55,126 bases of DNA, taken from NCBI GenBank assembly GCA_035572155.1, contig DATNBD010000007.1:1-55126 (forward strand), written 5' to 3'. Each line of letters begins with the position of its first letter. The first letter of the stretch is position 1. A model generated the notes under the pieces. The model made no database searches and had not been told where the DNA came from. It worked only from the letters and a program-made list of their open reading frames with translations. This stretch comes from Rhodoferax sp. Lineage in GTDB: Bacteria > Pseudomonadota > Gammaproteobacteria > Burkholderiales > Burkholderiaceae_C. A program made the position numbers and the translations under genes. Of the stretch, positions 16,210 to 24,606 are shown in pieces.

Positions 16210-16265
16210 AAATGGATGGCCAAGCCCATATTCAATCTATATTGTTTGCTACTTATTATGTAGTA
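16210..16265 (-). repeat. Dispersed ~55-bp bipartite motif, copy B (intergenic)
   Basis: Minus strand: TACTAC-ATAATAA-GTAGC-AAACAATATAGATTGAATAT-GGGCT-TGGCCATC-CATTT. Confidence 0.7.
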
Positions 16266-16278
16266 ATTGAATGGGCGC

Positions 16279-16499
16279 TCAATGTGCCCCGGCGGTGGCG
16301 GGGCCATGTCCCTTGCTGCCATTGAAGAACAGGTTCAGCAGCACCGCGGTGATCGAGGTCAACAGGATGCCGCTGTGCAGGATCGGGGCAGCAGGGGCGA
16401 CATCTGCTGTGGCCAGTTCAGGGCCACGAGCGGAATCAGGCCGGCGCCGCCGAGCACGAACTGCGGAATGTCGGCGATCACCGCCGCCAGCTTGGCCGC
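16279..16499 (-). pseudogene. Remnant of an NCS2 (xanthine/urate permease) 3' end
   Basis: KLAAVIADIPQFVLGGAGL joined directly to IPLVALNWPQQM, then a frameshift near 16385 into PILHSGILLTSITAVLLNLFFNG...stop. Matches the NCS2 P..VLGG and AVLLNLFFN segments. Confidence 0.75.
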
Positions 16500-16590
16500 T
16501 TCCACCTTCTGCGCCAGGACCCGGCCGGGTGGAGTCTTGAGGCTCGGGCGGCGTACACCCAGGCGCCTGAGCACCCGGGTTGCGCGCCCG

Positions 16591-17829
16591 TCACACGAGC
16601 AGGTCGCGCAGCGAGCGCGCGATCACCTTCGTCGCGCGGCGCAGGTCCTGCAGGTCGATCCGCTCGTCCGCGCGTTTCGCGTGCGATTCCAGCACGGTAC
16701 GCGGGCCGGCGCCGTAGATCACGCCCGGAATGCCGGCCTCGCCATACAGGCGCACATCGGTGTAGAGCGGCGTTCCCATCGCCGGAATGGCCTCGCCGAA
16801 CACCTCGGCGCCGTGCTTCTGGATCGCCTCGACCAGCGGCTTGTTGCCGGGCAGCGGCTTCATCGAGTTGGCCAGCAGAATGCGCCGGATGTCGACCGTG
16901 ATGCCGCCGCCCGGGGTCTTGAACTCTGCCGCGGCCTGGGTGATCACGTCGCGGATCGACGCCTCGACCTCGGCCGGGTTCTCCTCGGGGATCATGCGCC
17001 GGTCCAGCTTGAACACCACCTTGCCGGGGATCACGTTGGTGTTGGTGCCGCCTTCGATCCAGCCCACGTTCAGGTAGGGATGATCGATGCCGACCACGTT
17101 CGACTTCACGCCCCTGTACAGCGTGTTCTGCTGATACAGCGCATTGAGGATGTGCACCGCACCCTGCAGTGCATCGACGCCGGTGGCGGGCACCGCGGCA
17201 TGTGCCATCTTGCCGTGCACGGTGACTTCCATCTGCAGGCAGCCGTTGTGCGCGGTCACCACCTCGTAGCTGAAGCCCGCGGCGATCATCAGGTCGGGCC
17301 GGGTGTGCTTGTGCTTCAAGAGCCAGCCCGGGCCCAGAATGCCGCCGAACTCCTCGTCGTAGGTGAAATGCAGCTCGATGCTGCCCTTGTTCGGCTTGGC
17401 TACGGTCTCGAGCGCGCGCACCGCAAAGGTGAAGGTCGAGAAGTCGCACTTGCTGACCGCCGCCGCGCGGCCGTACAGCTTGCCGCCCTCCACCTCGCCG
17501 CCATAGGGGTCGTGGGTCCAGCCCTCGCCGGGCGGCACCACGTCGCCATGCGCGTTCAGCGCGACCGTGCGGCCGCCGTCGCCGTAGGAGCGACGCACGA
17601 TCAGGTTGGTGATCGACTCCAGACCGTAGTCGTGCACCTCCTGCGCCGGCACCGGGAACTTCTCGGCCTCGAAGCCAAAGCCCTTGAGCAGATCAGCCGT
17701 ACGCTCGGCATGCGGCGCGTTGTTGCCCGGCGGCGTGTCGGTGGGCACGCGCACCAACTCCTGCAGGAAGCGCACCTGCTCGTCGAAATGGCTGTCGATC
17801 CAGGCATCCAGTTGCTTGTAGTCGGTCAT
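16591..17829 (-). CDS. M20 family (ArgE/DapE-like) metallo-amidohydrolase
   Basis: NAHGDVVP, YGRAAAVSKCD, YDEEFGG and ESHAKRADE motifs; ATGA-coupled to the upstream gene. Confidence 0.9.
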   Translation of the reverse strand: MTDYKQLDAWIDSHFDEQVRFLQELVRVPTDTPPGNNAPHAERTADLLKGFGFEAEKFPVPAQEVHDYGLESITNLIVRRSYGDGGRTVALNAHGDVVPPGEGWTHDPYGGEVEGGKLYGRAAAVSKCDFSTFTFAVRALETVAKPNKGSIELHFTYDEEFGGILGPGWLLKHKHTRPDLMIAAGFSYEVVTAHNGCLQMEVTVHGKMAHAAVPATGVDALQGAVHILNALYQQNTLYRGVKSNVVGIDHPYLNVGWIEGGTNTNVIPGKVVFKLDRRMIPEENPAEVEASIRDVITQAAAEFKTPGGGITVDIRRILLANSMKPLPGNKPLVEAIQKHGAEVFGEAIPAMGTPLYTDVRLYGEAGIPGVIYGAGPRTVLESHAKRADERIDLQDLRRATKVIARSLRDLLV

Positions 17830-19604
17830 GTTTTTTCTGCGGCAAGGTTGTCAAGAAGAAGCTGGAACGCCTCGACCGCGAGCTGCATGTCGGCGCTGGT
17901 CGTGCTCTCCAGGGGGTTGTGGCTGATGCCGGCGTTTTCGCCGCGCACGAACAGCATGGCCTGCGGCATTACTTCGTGCAGCTTCATCGCGTCGTGGCCG
18001 GCGCCGCTGGGCATGCGGTGCACCGGCACGCCCAGGGCATCGACGGCGCGCTCCCAACGCTGCTGCCAGGCCGGCGCACTCGGCGCGGCGGCGGCGCGCA
18101 CGGTTTCCTCTAGTTTGTAATGCAGGCCGCGCCGCTCGCAGATGCGCTGGAGTTCGGCGCACACGTCGCTGACGCAGGCATCGCGTATTTCATTCGTGGT
18201 CGCACGGATGTCGAGGCTGAACTTGCAACGCCCGGGCACCACGTTCATCGAACCGTTGGGCACTTCGAGCATGCCCACGGTGGCGACCAGGTGCGGCACA
18301 GCGCCGCCGCGCTTTTCGACGTACAACACCAGTTCCGCCGCCGCCGCGGCCGCATCGCGGCGGCGGTCCATCGGCGTGGTGCCGGCGTGGCTGGCCATTC
18401 CGATGATTTCACAAACGTAGCGCACACTGCCGTTGATGGACGTCACGATACCCAGCGGCAGGTCGATTTCGTTCAGCACCGGCCCCTGCTCGATATGCAC
18501 CTCGACAAAACCGAGGTACCCGGAGGCATCGCGCTTGAGCTTCGGGATGTCGTCGATGCACAGTCCTGCGTGCTCGATGGCCGCGCGCATCGTGATGCCA
18601 TCCGCGTCCTTCTGGTCGAGCCAGCTCATGTCGAATTGACCAGTGAGTGCGCCCGAGCCCAGAAACACGGCCTTGTAGCGCTGGCCTTCCTCCTCGGCGA
18701 AGCCGACCACCTCGAAGCCGAAGGGCAAGCGGCGCTTTGCGCGGCTGAGTTCGCGCACGCAAGCCATCGGAACAAAAATGCCCAGGCGCCCGTCGTATTT
18801 GCCGCCGTTGCGCACCGTGTCGTAATGGCTGCCGGTCAGCAGGCGCTTCGCATTAGGGTCACTGCCGTGGTAGATGCCGACCACGTTGCCGACCGCGTCG
18901 ATCGCCACCTCGTCGAAGCCGCATTCCTCGCGCATCCAGTGCGAGATGCGCTGCGCACAGGCGCGGTGCGCGTCGGTCAGATAGGTCACCGTGAGTTCGC
19001 CGCGCTCGGCGTACCCCGGGTCGCTGTTCGTCGACAGCCGCTCGGCCCAGTCCCAGACCTGGTTGCCCAGTTCCGGCGGCGCGCCGAACTTGTCTTCCAG
19101 GCGGATTTCGGCGATCCGGTGGATGTTGCGGATGCACTCGGCGAGCTCGAAATCCGGATGGTTTTCCAGCCGGCGCTCGAACGCAGAAATGATTTGGGCC
19201 TTGGTGAGGCCGGTCCCGCGCGGGCCCCGCACCGCCAGCACGAACGGAAAGCCGAACTTTACGTTGTACGCGGCGTTGAGTTGCTGAATCTTCGCGAATT
19301 CCTCCGGCGTGCATTCGGCGAGGCCCGCCTTGCTCTGTTCGTTCGTCGATTCGGCGGTCAGCGTCTTCGCGACCATGGCCTTGCCGGCGAGCTCCGGGTG
19401 GGCACGGATCAGCGCGAGCTTCGCGTCGCGGCCGGCCTGCTCGAGTACCCGGGTCATCGCGTGCTTGAGCGAAGCAAGCGAGCGAAAAGGTCGCGCTGCT
19501 AGCGCGCGCTCGGCGATCCAGGGCGAATGCTCGTACAGCCCGTCGAGCATTTTTGCGGCCTCGCCTGGAGGCGCCGCATTGAGTTGTCGCAGCGTGAGGG
19601 TCAT
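17826..19604 (-). CDS. uraD: OHCU decarboxylase fused to allantoate amidohydrolase (Zn hydrolase)
   Basis: N-terminal EHSPW, AHPELAG, EQSKAGL and YNVKFGFPFV; C-terminal GSHYDTV, YDGRLG, EEEG, EVHIEQGP, SHAGTTPM, GAGHDA and GISHNPLE. Confidence 0.93.
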   Translation of the reverse strand: MTLTLRQLNAAPPGEAAKMLDGLYEHSPWIAERALAARPFRSLASLKHAMTRVLEQAGRDAKLALIRAHPELAGKAMVAKTLTAESTNEQSKAGLAECTPEEFAKIQQLNAAYNVKFGFPFVLAVRGPRGTGLTKAQIISAFERRLENHPDFELAECIRNIHRIAEIRLEDKFGAPPELGNQVWDWAERLSTNSDPGYAERGELTVTYLTDAHRACAQRISHWMREECGFDEVAIDAVGNVVGIYHGSDPNAKRLLTGSHYDTVRNGGKYDGRLGIFVPMACVRELSRAKRRLPFGFEVVGFAEEEGQRYKAVFLGSGALTGQFDMSWLDQKDADGITMRAAIEHAGLCIDDIPKLKRDASGYLGFVEVHIEQGPVLNEIDLPLGIVTSINGSVRYVCEIIGMASHAGTTPMDRRRDAAAAAAELVLYVEKRGGAVPHLVATVGMLEVPNGSMNVVPGRCKFSLDIRATTNEIRDACVSDVCAELQRICERRGLHYKLEETVRAAAAPSAPAWQQRWERAVDALGVPVHRMPSGAGHDAMKLHEVMPQAMLFVRGENAGISHNPLESTTSADMQLAVEAFQLLLDNLAAEKT

Positions 19605-19608
19605 GGGT

Positions 19609-20559
19609 TCAACCTTGATAGGGGTGGGTCTGCTTCCAGTGGCGAGCGATGTCGATGCGCCGGCAGACCCAGACGCGGTCGTGCCTCGCGATGTGGTCGA
19701 GAAAGCGCTGCAGCGCCACGATGCGCCCCGGATGGCCGAGCAGGCGGCAATGCATGCCGATGCTCATCATCTTGGGGCGGTCCAGGCCGGCGGGGTCGCC
19801 CTCGGCGTAGAGCGCGTCGAAGCTGTCGCGCATGTACTGGAAGAACGGGTCGGCGTGCGAGTAGCCCTGCGGTAGCGCGAAGCGCATGTCGTTGCAGTCC
19901 AGCGTGTAGGGCACGATCAGCTGCGGCACCACGGTGCCGTCGCTCCTTTTCACCTTCATCCAGAACGGCAGGTCGTCGCCGTAATAGTCGCTGTCGTATT
20001 CGAAGCCGCCGTAGTCGACGACGAGCCGCCGCGTGCGCGGACTGTCGCGTCCCGTGTACCAGCCGAGCGGGCGTTCGCCGGTCAGTTGCTCGATGGCCTG
20101 CATGGCCTGGCGCATGTGCTCGCGCTCGGTCGCCTCGTCGACGCTCTGGTAGTGAATCCAGCGCCAGCCATGGCAGGCGATTTCGTGCCCCAGTGCCTTG
20201 ACCGCTGTCGCGACCTCGGGGTAGCGCTGCAGCGCCTTGCCAACGCCGAACACGGTCAGCGGCAGGCCGCGCTTCTCGAACTCGCGCAGGATGCGCCAGA
20301 CACCCGCGCGCGAGCCATACTCGTAGATGCCCTCCATGCTCATGTGCCGTTCCGGGTAGCTGGCCGGATTGAACATTTCCGACAGGAACTGTTCGGAGCC
20401 GGCGTCGCCGTCGAGCACGCAGTTCTCGCTCCCTTCTTCGTAGTTCAGGACGAATTGCACGGCCACGCGCGCGCCGCCGGGCCAGCGGGCATGCGGCGGA
20501 TTGCGGCCGTAGCCGGTCAGGTCGCGGGGGTAGGGAAGGGTGCAGTCGTAGGTGTTCAT
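19609..20559 (-). CDS. puuE: Allantoinase PuuE (polysaccharide deacetylase family)
   Basis: YPRDLTGYG, VLNYEEG, YEYGSRAGVWR, HGWRW, GWYTGR and SIGMHCR motifs. Confidence 0.95.
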   Translation of the reverse strand: MNTYDCTLPYPRDLTGYGRNPPHARWPGGARVAVQFVLNYEEGSENCVLDGDAGSEQFLSEMFNPASYPERHMSMEGIYEYGSRAGVWRILREFEKRGLPLTVFGVGKALQRYPEVATAVKALGHEIACHGWRWIHYQSVDEATEREHMRQAMQAIEQLTGERPLGWYTGRDSPRTRRLVVDYGGFEYDSDYYGDDLPFWMKVKRSDGTVVPQLIVPYTLDCNDMRFALPQGYSHADPFFQYMRDSFDALYAEGDPAGLDRPKMMSIGMHCRLLGHPGRIVALQRFLDHIARHDRVWVCRRIDIARHWKQTHPYQG

Positions 20560-20573
20560 GATGAATTGGCAGG

Positions 20574-21239
20574 TCAGGACAGGGCCATGGAAATGTCGTT
20601 GGTGGGTACCTTGCGGTCGAAGGTCAGGTTCTCTTCCACATGCCGCAGGTGTTCGGTCATCAGGCGCACGGCGCCTTCTTCGTCGCGCGCCGCCAGCGCC
20701 TTGATGATTTCCACATGTTCTTCATTGGAATGCTGGGCGGCGCTCGCGCTCTGGTACATGAGGGTGATCAGTGCGCAGCGCGCGATCAGCTTGCCCAGGA
20801 TTTGCGCCAGCACCTGGTTGCCGGTGAGCTCGGCCATGCGCACATGAAAATCTCCGAGCAGTTCGGTGCGTCCCGCGACGTCTTCCCGCGTGACGGCCTG
20901 CTTTTCCTGGGCGACATGGTCTTTCAATGTCTTGATCTTGGCCGGCGTCATGGTGTGCACCAGGGCGCGGGTCATCTCGGCTTCGAGCATGCGGCGCACC
21001 GCGAACACCTGCTTCGCCTCCGTGACCGGCGGCGCGGCGACGAATGCGCCGCGCGCCGGTTCCATTCGCACCAGCCGGTTTTGGGCGAGCTGGAACAACG
21101 CCTGGCGCACCAGGGTGCGGGACACGCCGAAGTGGTCCGCCAGCTTCTGCTCGGCGAGTTTGGCGCCCGGCTGCAGCCGATGCTCCACGATGGCACGCGT
21201 CAGAGCTTCCACAATGGAACTGGTAGTCGATGATTGCAT
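20574..21239 (-). CDS. GntR (FadR/FCD) family transcriptional regulator
   Basis: LQPGAKLAEQKLADHFGVSRTLVRQAL helix-turn-helix; FCD domain (FH..., EHVEII). Start may be 21248. Confidence 0.92.
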   Translation of the reverse strand: MQSSTTSSIVEALTRAIVEHRLQPGAKLAEQKLADHFGVSRTLVRQALFQLAQNRLVRMEPARGAFVAAPPVTEAKQVFAVRRMLEAEMTRALVHTMTPAKIKTLKDHVAQEKQAVTREDVAGRTELLGDFHVRMAELTGNQVLAQILGKLIARCALITLMYQSASAAQHSNEEHVEIIKALAARDEEGAVRLMTEHLRHVEENLTFDRKVPTNDISMALS

Positions 21240-21266
21240 GAAGGTCATGATAGCGATATTTTGGAA

Positions 21267-21290
21267 AAGTGTATACACTTCTGTCGACCA
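21267..21290. promoter_or_regulatory. GntR/FadR-type operator between gntR and uraH
   Basis: Perfect 14-bp palindrome AAGTGTATACACTT (21267-21280), followed by a second half-match TGTCGAC. Confidence 0.7.
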
Positions 21291-21333
21291 ATTTTGGCGA
21301 TCTCCCATTCAACCCTGATTGATCGGAATACAC

Positions 21334-21684
21334 ATGGGCCTGAGCACACATGTACTGGATACGATGCACGGCTGCCCCGCAGCGGGCATGGCGGTGGAGT
21401 TCTACAGCACCGGCAGCGGCACGGCCACCCTGCTGCGCAGCATGCTTCTTAACAACGATGGGCGCACGGACGGTCCGCTGTTCGACGATGGCAGCCTGCG
21501 CCAGGGCACCTACCGCCTGGTGTTCGATGTCGCGGGGTACTTCAAGGCGCGCGGCGTGAAGTTGCCCGAGCCCAATTTTCTGGACAAGGTCAGCCTCGAC
21601 TTCGGGGTGGCCCAGACCGATCAGCACTATCACGTGCCGCTGCTGGTCAGCCCCTGGAGCTATTCGACCTATCGCGGCTCGTGA
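21334..21684 (+). CDS. uraH: 5-hydroxyisourate hydrolase
   Basis: LSTHVLD, DGRTD, HYHVPLL and C-terminal YRGS signature. Confidence 0.97.
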   Translation: MGLSTHVLDTMHGCPAAGMAVEFYSTGSGTATLLRSMLLNNDGRTDGPLFDDGSLRQGTYRLVFDVAGYFKARGVKLPEPNFLDKVSLDFGVAQTDQHYHVPLLVSPWSYSTYRGS

Positions 21685-21701
21685 GGCACGGCGGCCAACG
21701 G

Positions 21702-22187
21702 CTATTCGGGTTCCTCGCTCAGTTGCCCTTCGGTCAGGGTGTCCAGTTGGAACCGGCCGCTTTTGTCCCACAACCAGACATCGGTGTAGGTGACCTTGCC
21801 AAGCCGCAGCGGAACGGGAAACGGCGCTGCCCGCCGCACCGTGCGCTCGATTTCGGTCACGACCTCGGGCGCCTGGGTGGGCGCGCGCATCCAGCGCATC
21901 CCCAGCACTTGGCCGCGGCCACCGATGTCGACCTGCAACACGCCGATGGCATACAACAGGGGCGGCATCTTGCCTTGGTAGATTCTGTTGGCGTTCAGTG
22001 CGTACAGGTGACGTGCCGCATCCAGCCGGTAGGCGCGTGCGGTGGTCGCTCTGGACGGGGGTGGCGTGCGCGGCGCGCCGGGCGCAGCCGAGGGGGCCTG
22101 TTTAGGCGCCCGTTCCGGTGCGCTTTTGCAGCCGGCGATGAAGGCCGCGGCGGCGCCGGCGCCGGCCAGCAGCAGGCGCCGGTTCAT
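21702..22187 (-). CDS. Hypothetical lipoprotein (possible Tat lipoprotein, TonB-C-like domain)
   Basis: MNRRLLL signal with lipobox IAGC, a Pro/Ala linker, then RRAAPFP...DVWLWDKSGRFQLDTLTEGQ. Confidence 0.7.
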   Translation of the reverse strand: MNRRLLLAGAGAAAAFIAGCKSAPERAPKQAPSAAPGAPRTPPPSRATTARAYRLDAARHLYALNANRIYQGKMPPLLYAIGVLQVDIGGRGQVLGMRWMRAPTQAPEVVTEIERTVRRAAPFPVPLRLGKVTYTDVWLWDKSGRFQLDTLTEGQLSEEPE

Positions 22188-22348
22188 TGTGGGTGTTTGG
22201 GGCGTCGTGTCAGACCAGGCAGCGGGCAGGTGATGCATGTCGGCGATGGGCGCGAGTTGATGGCCGGAGCCTTGAAGAGCGTGGAGCATACTGTGCCCGA
22301 ATTCGGCCCGTGCGCATGCCGCAGGCTTGTGCCAAGAGGTATCGATTT

Positions 22349-23149
22349 GTGACTTCAGCAGAACTATTCCTGACCCGGCTCGCCAGCGAGCGCGCCGTGC
22401 TGGTCAGCGTGGCGTCCACCAAGGGTTCCGCCCCGCGCGAGCGCGGGGCCTGGATGGGGGTGTTCGCGCACGATGTGATCGGCACCATTGGCGGCGGCCA
22501 CCTGGAGTTTCAGGCGCTGGATGCCGCGCGCGCGCGGCTCGGCGGCGCGGCGGGTGACGAGCTATTGCGTTTCGCGTTGGGGCCCAGCCTGGGCCAATGC
22601 TGCGGCGGCGTGGTGCATTTGCAGTTGGAGCCGGTATCGATGGCCGACGTGCCGGCACTGCGTAAGCGCCTGACGCCGCAGCTGACACCGGTGGCGCTGT
22701 TTGGCGGCGGACACGTGGGCGCCGCGCTGGCTCGCGTCATCGCCACCCTGCCGTTCGCGCTCACCTGGATCGACAGCCGGGACGGCATCTTTCCGGACGA
22801 GGTTCCGGCAGACATCACCTGCGAATACTCCGATCCGGTGCAGTCGGCGGTGCGGGACCTGGCGCCGAACTCGCGCGTGCTCATCATGAGTTTCAGCCAT
22901 GCCGAAGACTTGGACATCGTGGCCGCCTGCCTGCAGCGCCAGCGCGCGCGGGGCGATCTGCCCTACATCGGACTGATCGGCAGCAAGACCAAATGGGCCA
23001 CTTTCCGGCACCGCCTCGAGGCGCGCGGTTACAGCGCCGGTGAACTGGCGCAAATCACCTGCCCGATCGGTGTGCCCGGCATCGCCGGCAAGGAGCCGGA
23101 GGTGATTGCCGTGGCGGTCGCCGCGCAGCTGCTGCAACTGATGATCTAG
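22349..23149 (+). CDS. xdhC: Xanthine dehydrogenase accessory protein
   Basis: GAGGT then GTG; GSAPRE, GTIGGGHLE, LGQCCGG, FGGGHVG, GLIGSKTK, CPIG and KEPEVIA motifs. Confidence 0.93.
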   Translation: MTSAELFLTRLASERAVLVSVASTKGSAPRERGAWMGVFAHDVIGTIGGGHLEFQALDAARARLGGAAGDELLRFALGPSLGQCCGGVVHLQLEPVSMADVPALRKRLTPQLTPVALFGGGHVGAALARVIATLPFALTWIDSRDGIFPDEVPADITCEYSDPVQSAVRDLAPNSRVLIMSFSHAEDLDIVAACLQRQRARGDLPYIGLIGSKTKWATFRHRLEARGYSAGELAQITCPIGVPGIAGKEPEVIAVAVAAQLLQLMI

Positions 23150-23196
23150 GGTTTATACCTACAAAACGTGAATGCCAGGGGCTGGCTTGCCCTGGT

Positions 23197-23222
23197 AAAA
23201 TTGTATACACTTTCTGTAAACA
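23197..23222. promoter_or_regulatory. Second GntR/FadR-type operator, upstream of puuD
   Basis: AAAATTGTATACACTTTCTGTAAACA has the same TGTATACA core and tandem second site as 21267-21290. Confidence 0.68.
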
Positions 23223-23345
23223 GGTCGCAGCGGAGCCGGGGGATGTCAGCGTTCCCTTGTGCGTGACCAAATTTCTGCTTACAGCGCCCGCCGTGGTGAG
23301 CAGGTTGGAATCATTTTGCGGCGCCTTGCCGCGAGGTTGAGAGAC

Positions 23346-24563
23346 ATGGAAAGCTACCTTCTCGACTGGGCCAACCTGCTGCTGCGCTGGGCCCATGTCA
23401 TCACCGCCATTGCCTGGGTCGGTTCCTCGTTCTACTTCGTTTTCCTGGACAGCAACCTGACGCCGCCGATCGACGAGGACCTTCAGCGCCAGGGTGTTAC
23501 GGGTGAGCTCTGGGCGCTGCATGGCGGCGGTTTCTATCACCCGGTCAAGTTCAACGTCTCGCCGCCCAGGCTGCCGGATCACCTGCACTGGTTCTACTGG
23601 GAAAGCTATGCGACCTGGCTCACGGGGTTTTCCCTGTTGGCCGTGTCCTATCTCTGGAACGCGGGCATCTTCCTGGTTGACAAATCGGTCATGGATTTGA
23701 CGCCTGCGCTCGCCGTGATCGCGGCGCTGGCGTTCCTGGTGGTGTTCTGGCTCTTGTACGACGGCATTTGCCGCCTATTCGGCCAGCGCAACAACGGCGA
23801 CGCCATCGTCGGCGCGCTCGTGTTGTTGCTGGTGTGCGTGGCGTCCTGGCTGGCCTGCCACATGTTTGCGGGGCGCGCGGCCTTCCTGTTGATAGGCGCC
23901 ATGCTGGCGACTTCCATGTCCGCCAACGTGTTTTTCTGGATCATCCCGGGCCAGCGCAAGGTCGTCGCGGCCATCAAGGCCGGCGAACCGGTGGATCCGA
24001 TTCACGGCAAGCGGGGCAAGCAGCGCAGCGTGCACAACACCTACTTCACGCTGCCGGTTGTATTCGCCATGCTGTCCAATCACTACAGTTTCGCGTACGG
24101 CGACACGCACAACTGGATCGTTCTGATTCTCATGATGTTTGCCGGCGCCGCGATTCGCCAGTTCTTCGTGATGCGCCACGGCTTCAAGCTGGGCCGCAAT
24201 GGCAACCCGCTGCCCTATGCGCTGGTGGGCGTGCTGGTGATCGCGGGTGTGATTCTCTGGATCCAGCCGAAGGCTACTAATCCAGTAGCTGTAAATGCAG
24301 CTACGGCAGAGGCTACAGCCGAAGTTTCCTTTGAACAAGTGCAAAAGATCGTGGCGCAGCGCTGCTCCATGTGCCACGGAACTACTGTACAGATGAAAGG
24401 TATTCAGTTCACCTCTCCCGCGTTGATCAAGGAGCACGCGCAGGACATGTACCAGCAGGTCGTGGTGAACCGGGTCATGCCCATGAACAACGCCACGGGC
24501 ATGACCGATCAGGAGCGCGATGAGTTTGCGCGCTGGTTCAAGGCCGGTGCGAAAACCCAGTAG
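23346..24563 (+). CDS. puuD: Membrane urate oxidase with C-terminal cytochrome c
   Basis: LLRWAHVITAIAWVGSSFYF, HGGGFY, HWFYWESY, RSVHNTY and SNHY motifs; CxxCH (CSMCH) and MPMNNATGMT. Confidence 0.93.
   Translation: MESYLLDWANLLLRWAHVITAIAWVGSSFYFVFLDSNLTPPIDEDLQRQGVTGELWALHGGGFYHPVKFNVSPPRLPDHLHWFYWESYATWLTGFSLLAVSYLWNAGIFLVDKSVMDLTPALAVIAALAFLVVFWLLYDGICRLFGQRNNGDAIVGALVLLLVCVASWLACHMFAGRAAFLLIGAMLATSMSANVFFWIIPGQRKVVAAIKAGEPVDPIHGKRGKQRSVHNTYFTLPVVFAMLSNHYSFAYGDTHNWIVLILMMFAGAAIRQFFVMRHGFKLGRNGNPLPYALVGVLVIAGVILWIQPKATNPVAVNAATAEATAEVSFEQVQKIVAQRCSMCHGTTVQMKGIQFTSPALIKEHAQDMYQQVVVNRVMPMNNATGMTDQERDEFARWFKAGAKTQ
24272..24327 (+). repeat. Dispersed ~55-bp bipartite motif, copy C (inside puuD, interdomain linker)
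   Basis: GGCTAC-TAATCCA-GTAGC-TGTAAATGCAGCTACGGCAG-AGGCT-ACAGCCGA-AGTTT; encodes ATNPVAVNAATAEATAEVS. Confidence 0.75.
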
Positions 24564-24606
24564 GGGGTCGACTGCAGAGCGGCCAGGCCGGCGCCGCCGC
24601 GCAGGC

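Noticed and set aside
16203-16229. Tiny minus-strand ORF MGLAIHFF resembling an outer-membrane beta-barrel C-terminus
   Set aside because: Too short, and it overlaps motif copy B, which explains the sequence.
17826-24563. UraD-amidohydrolase fusion and cytochrome c urate oxidase as novel systems
   Set aside because: Both are already known in proteobacterial purine catabolism, so they are reported as features only.
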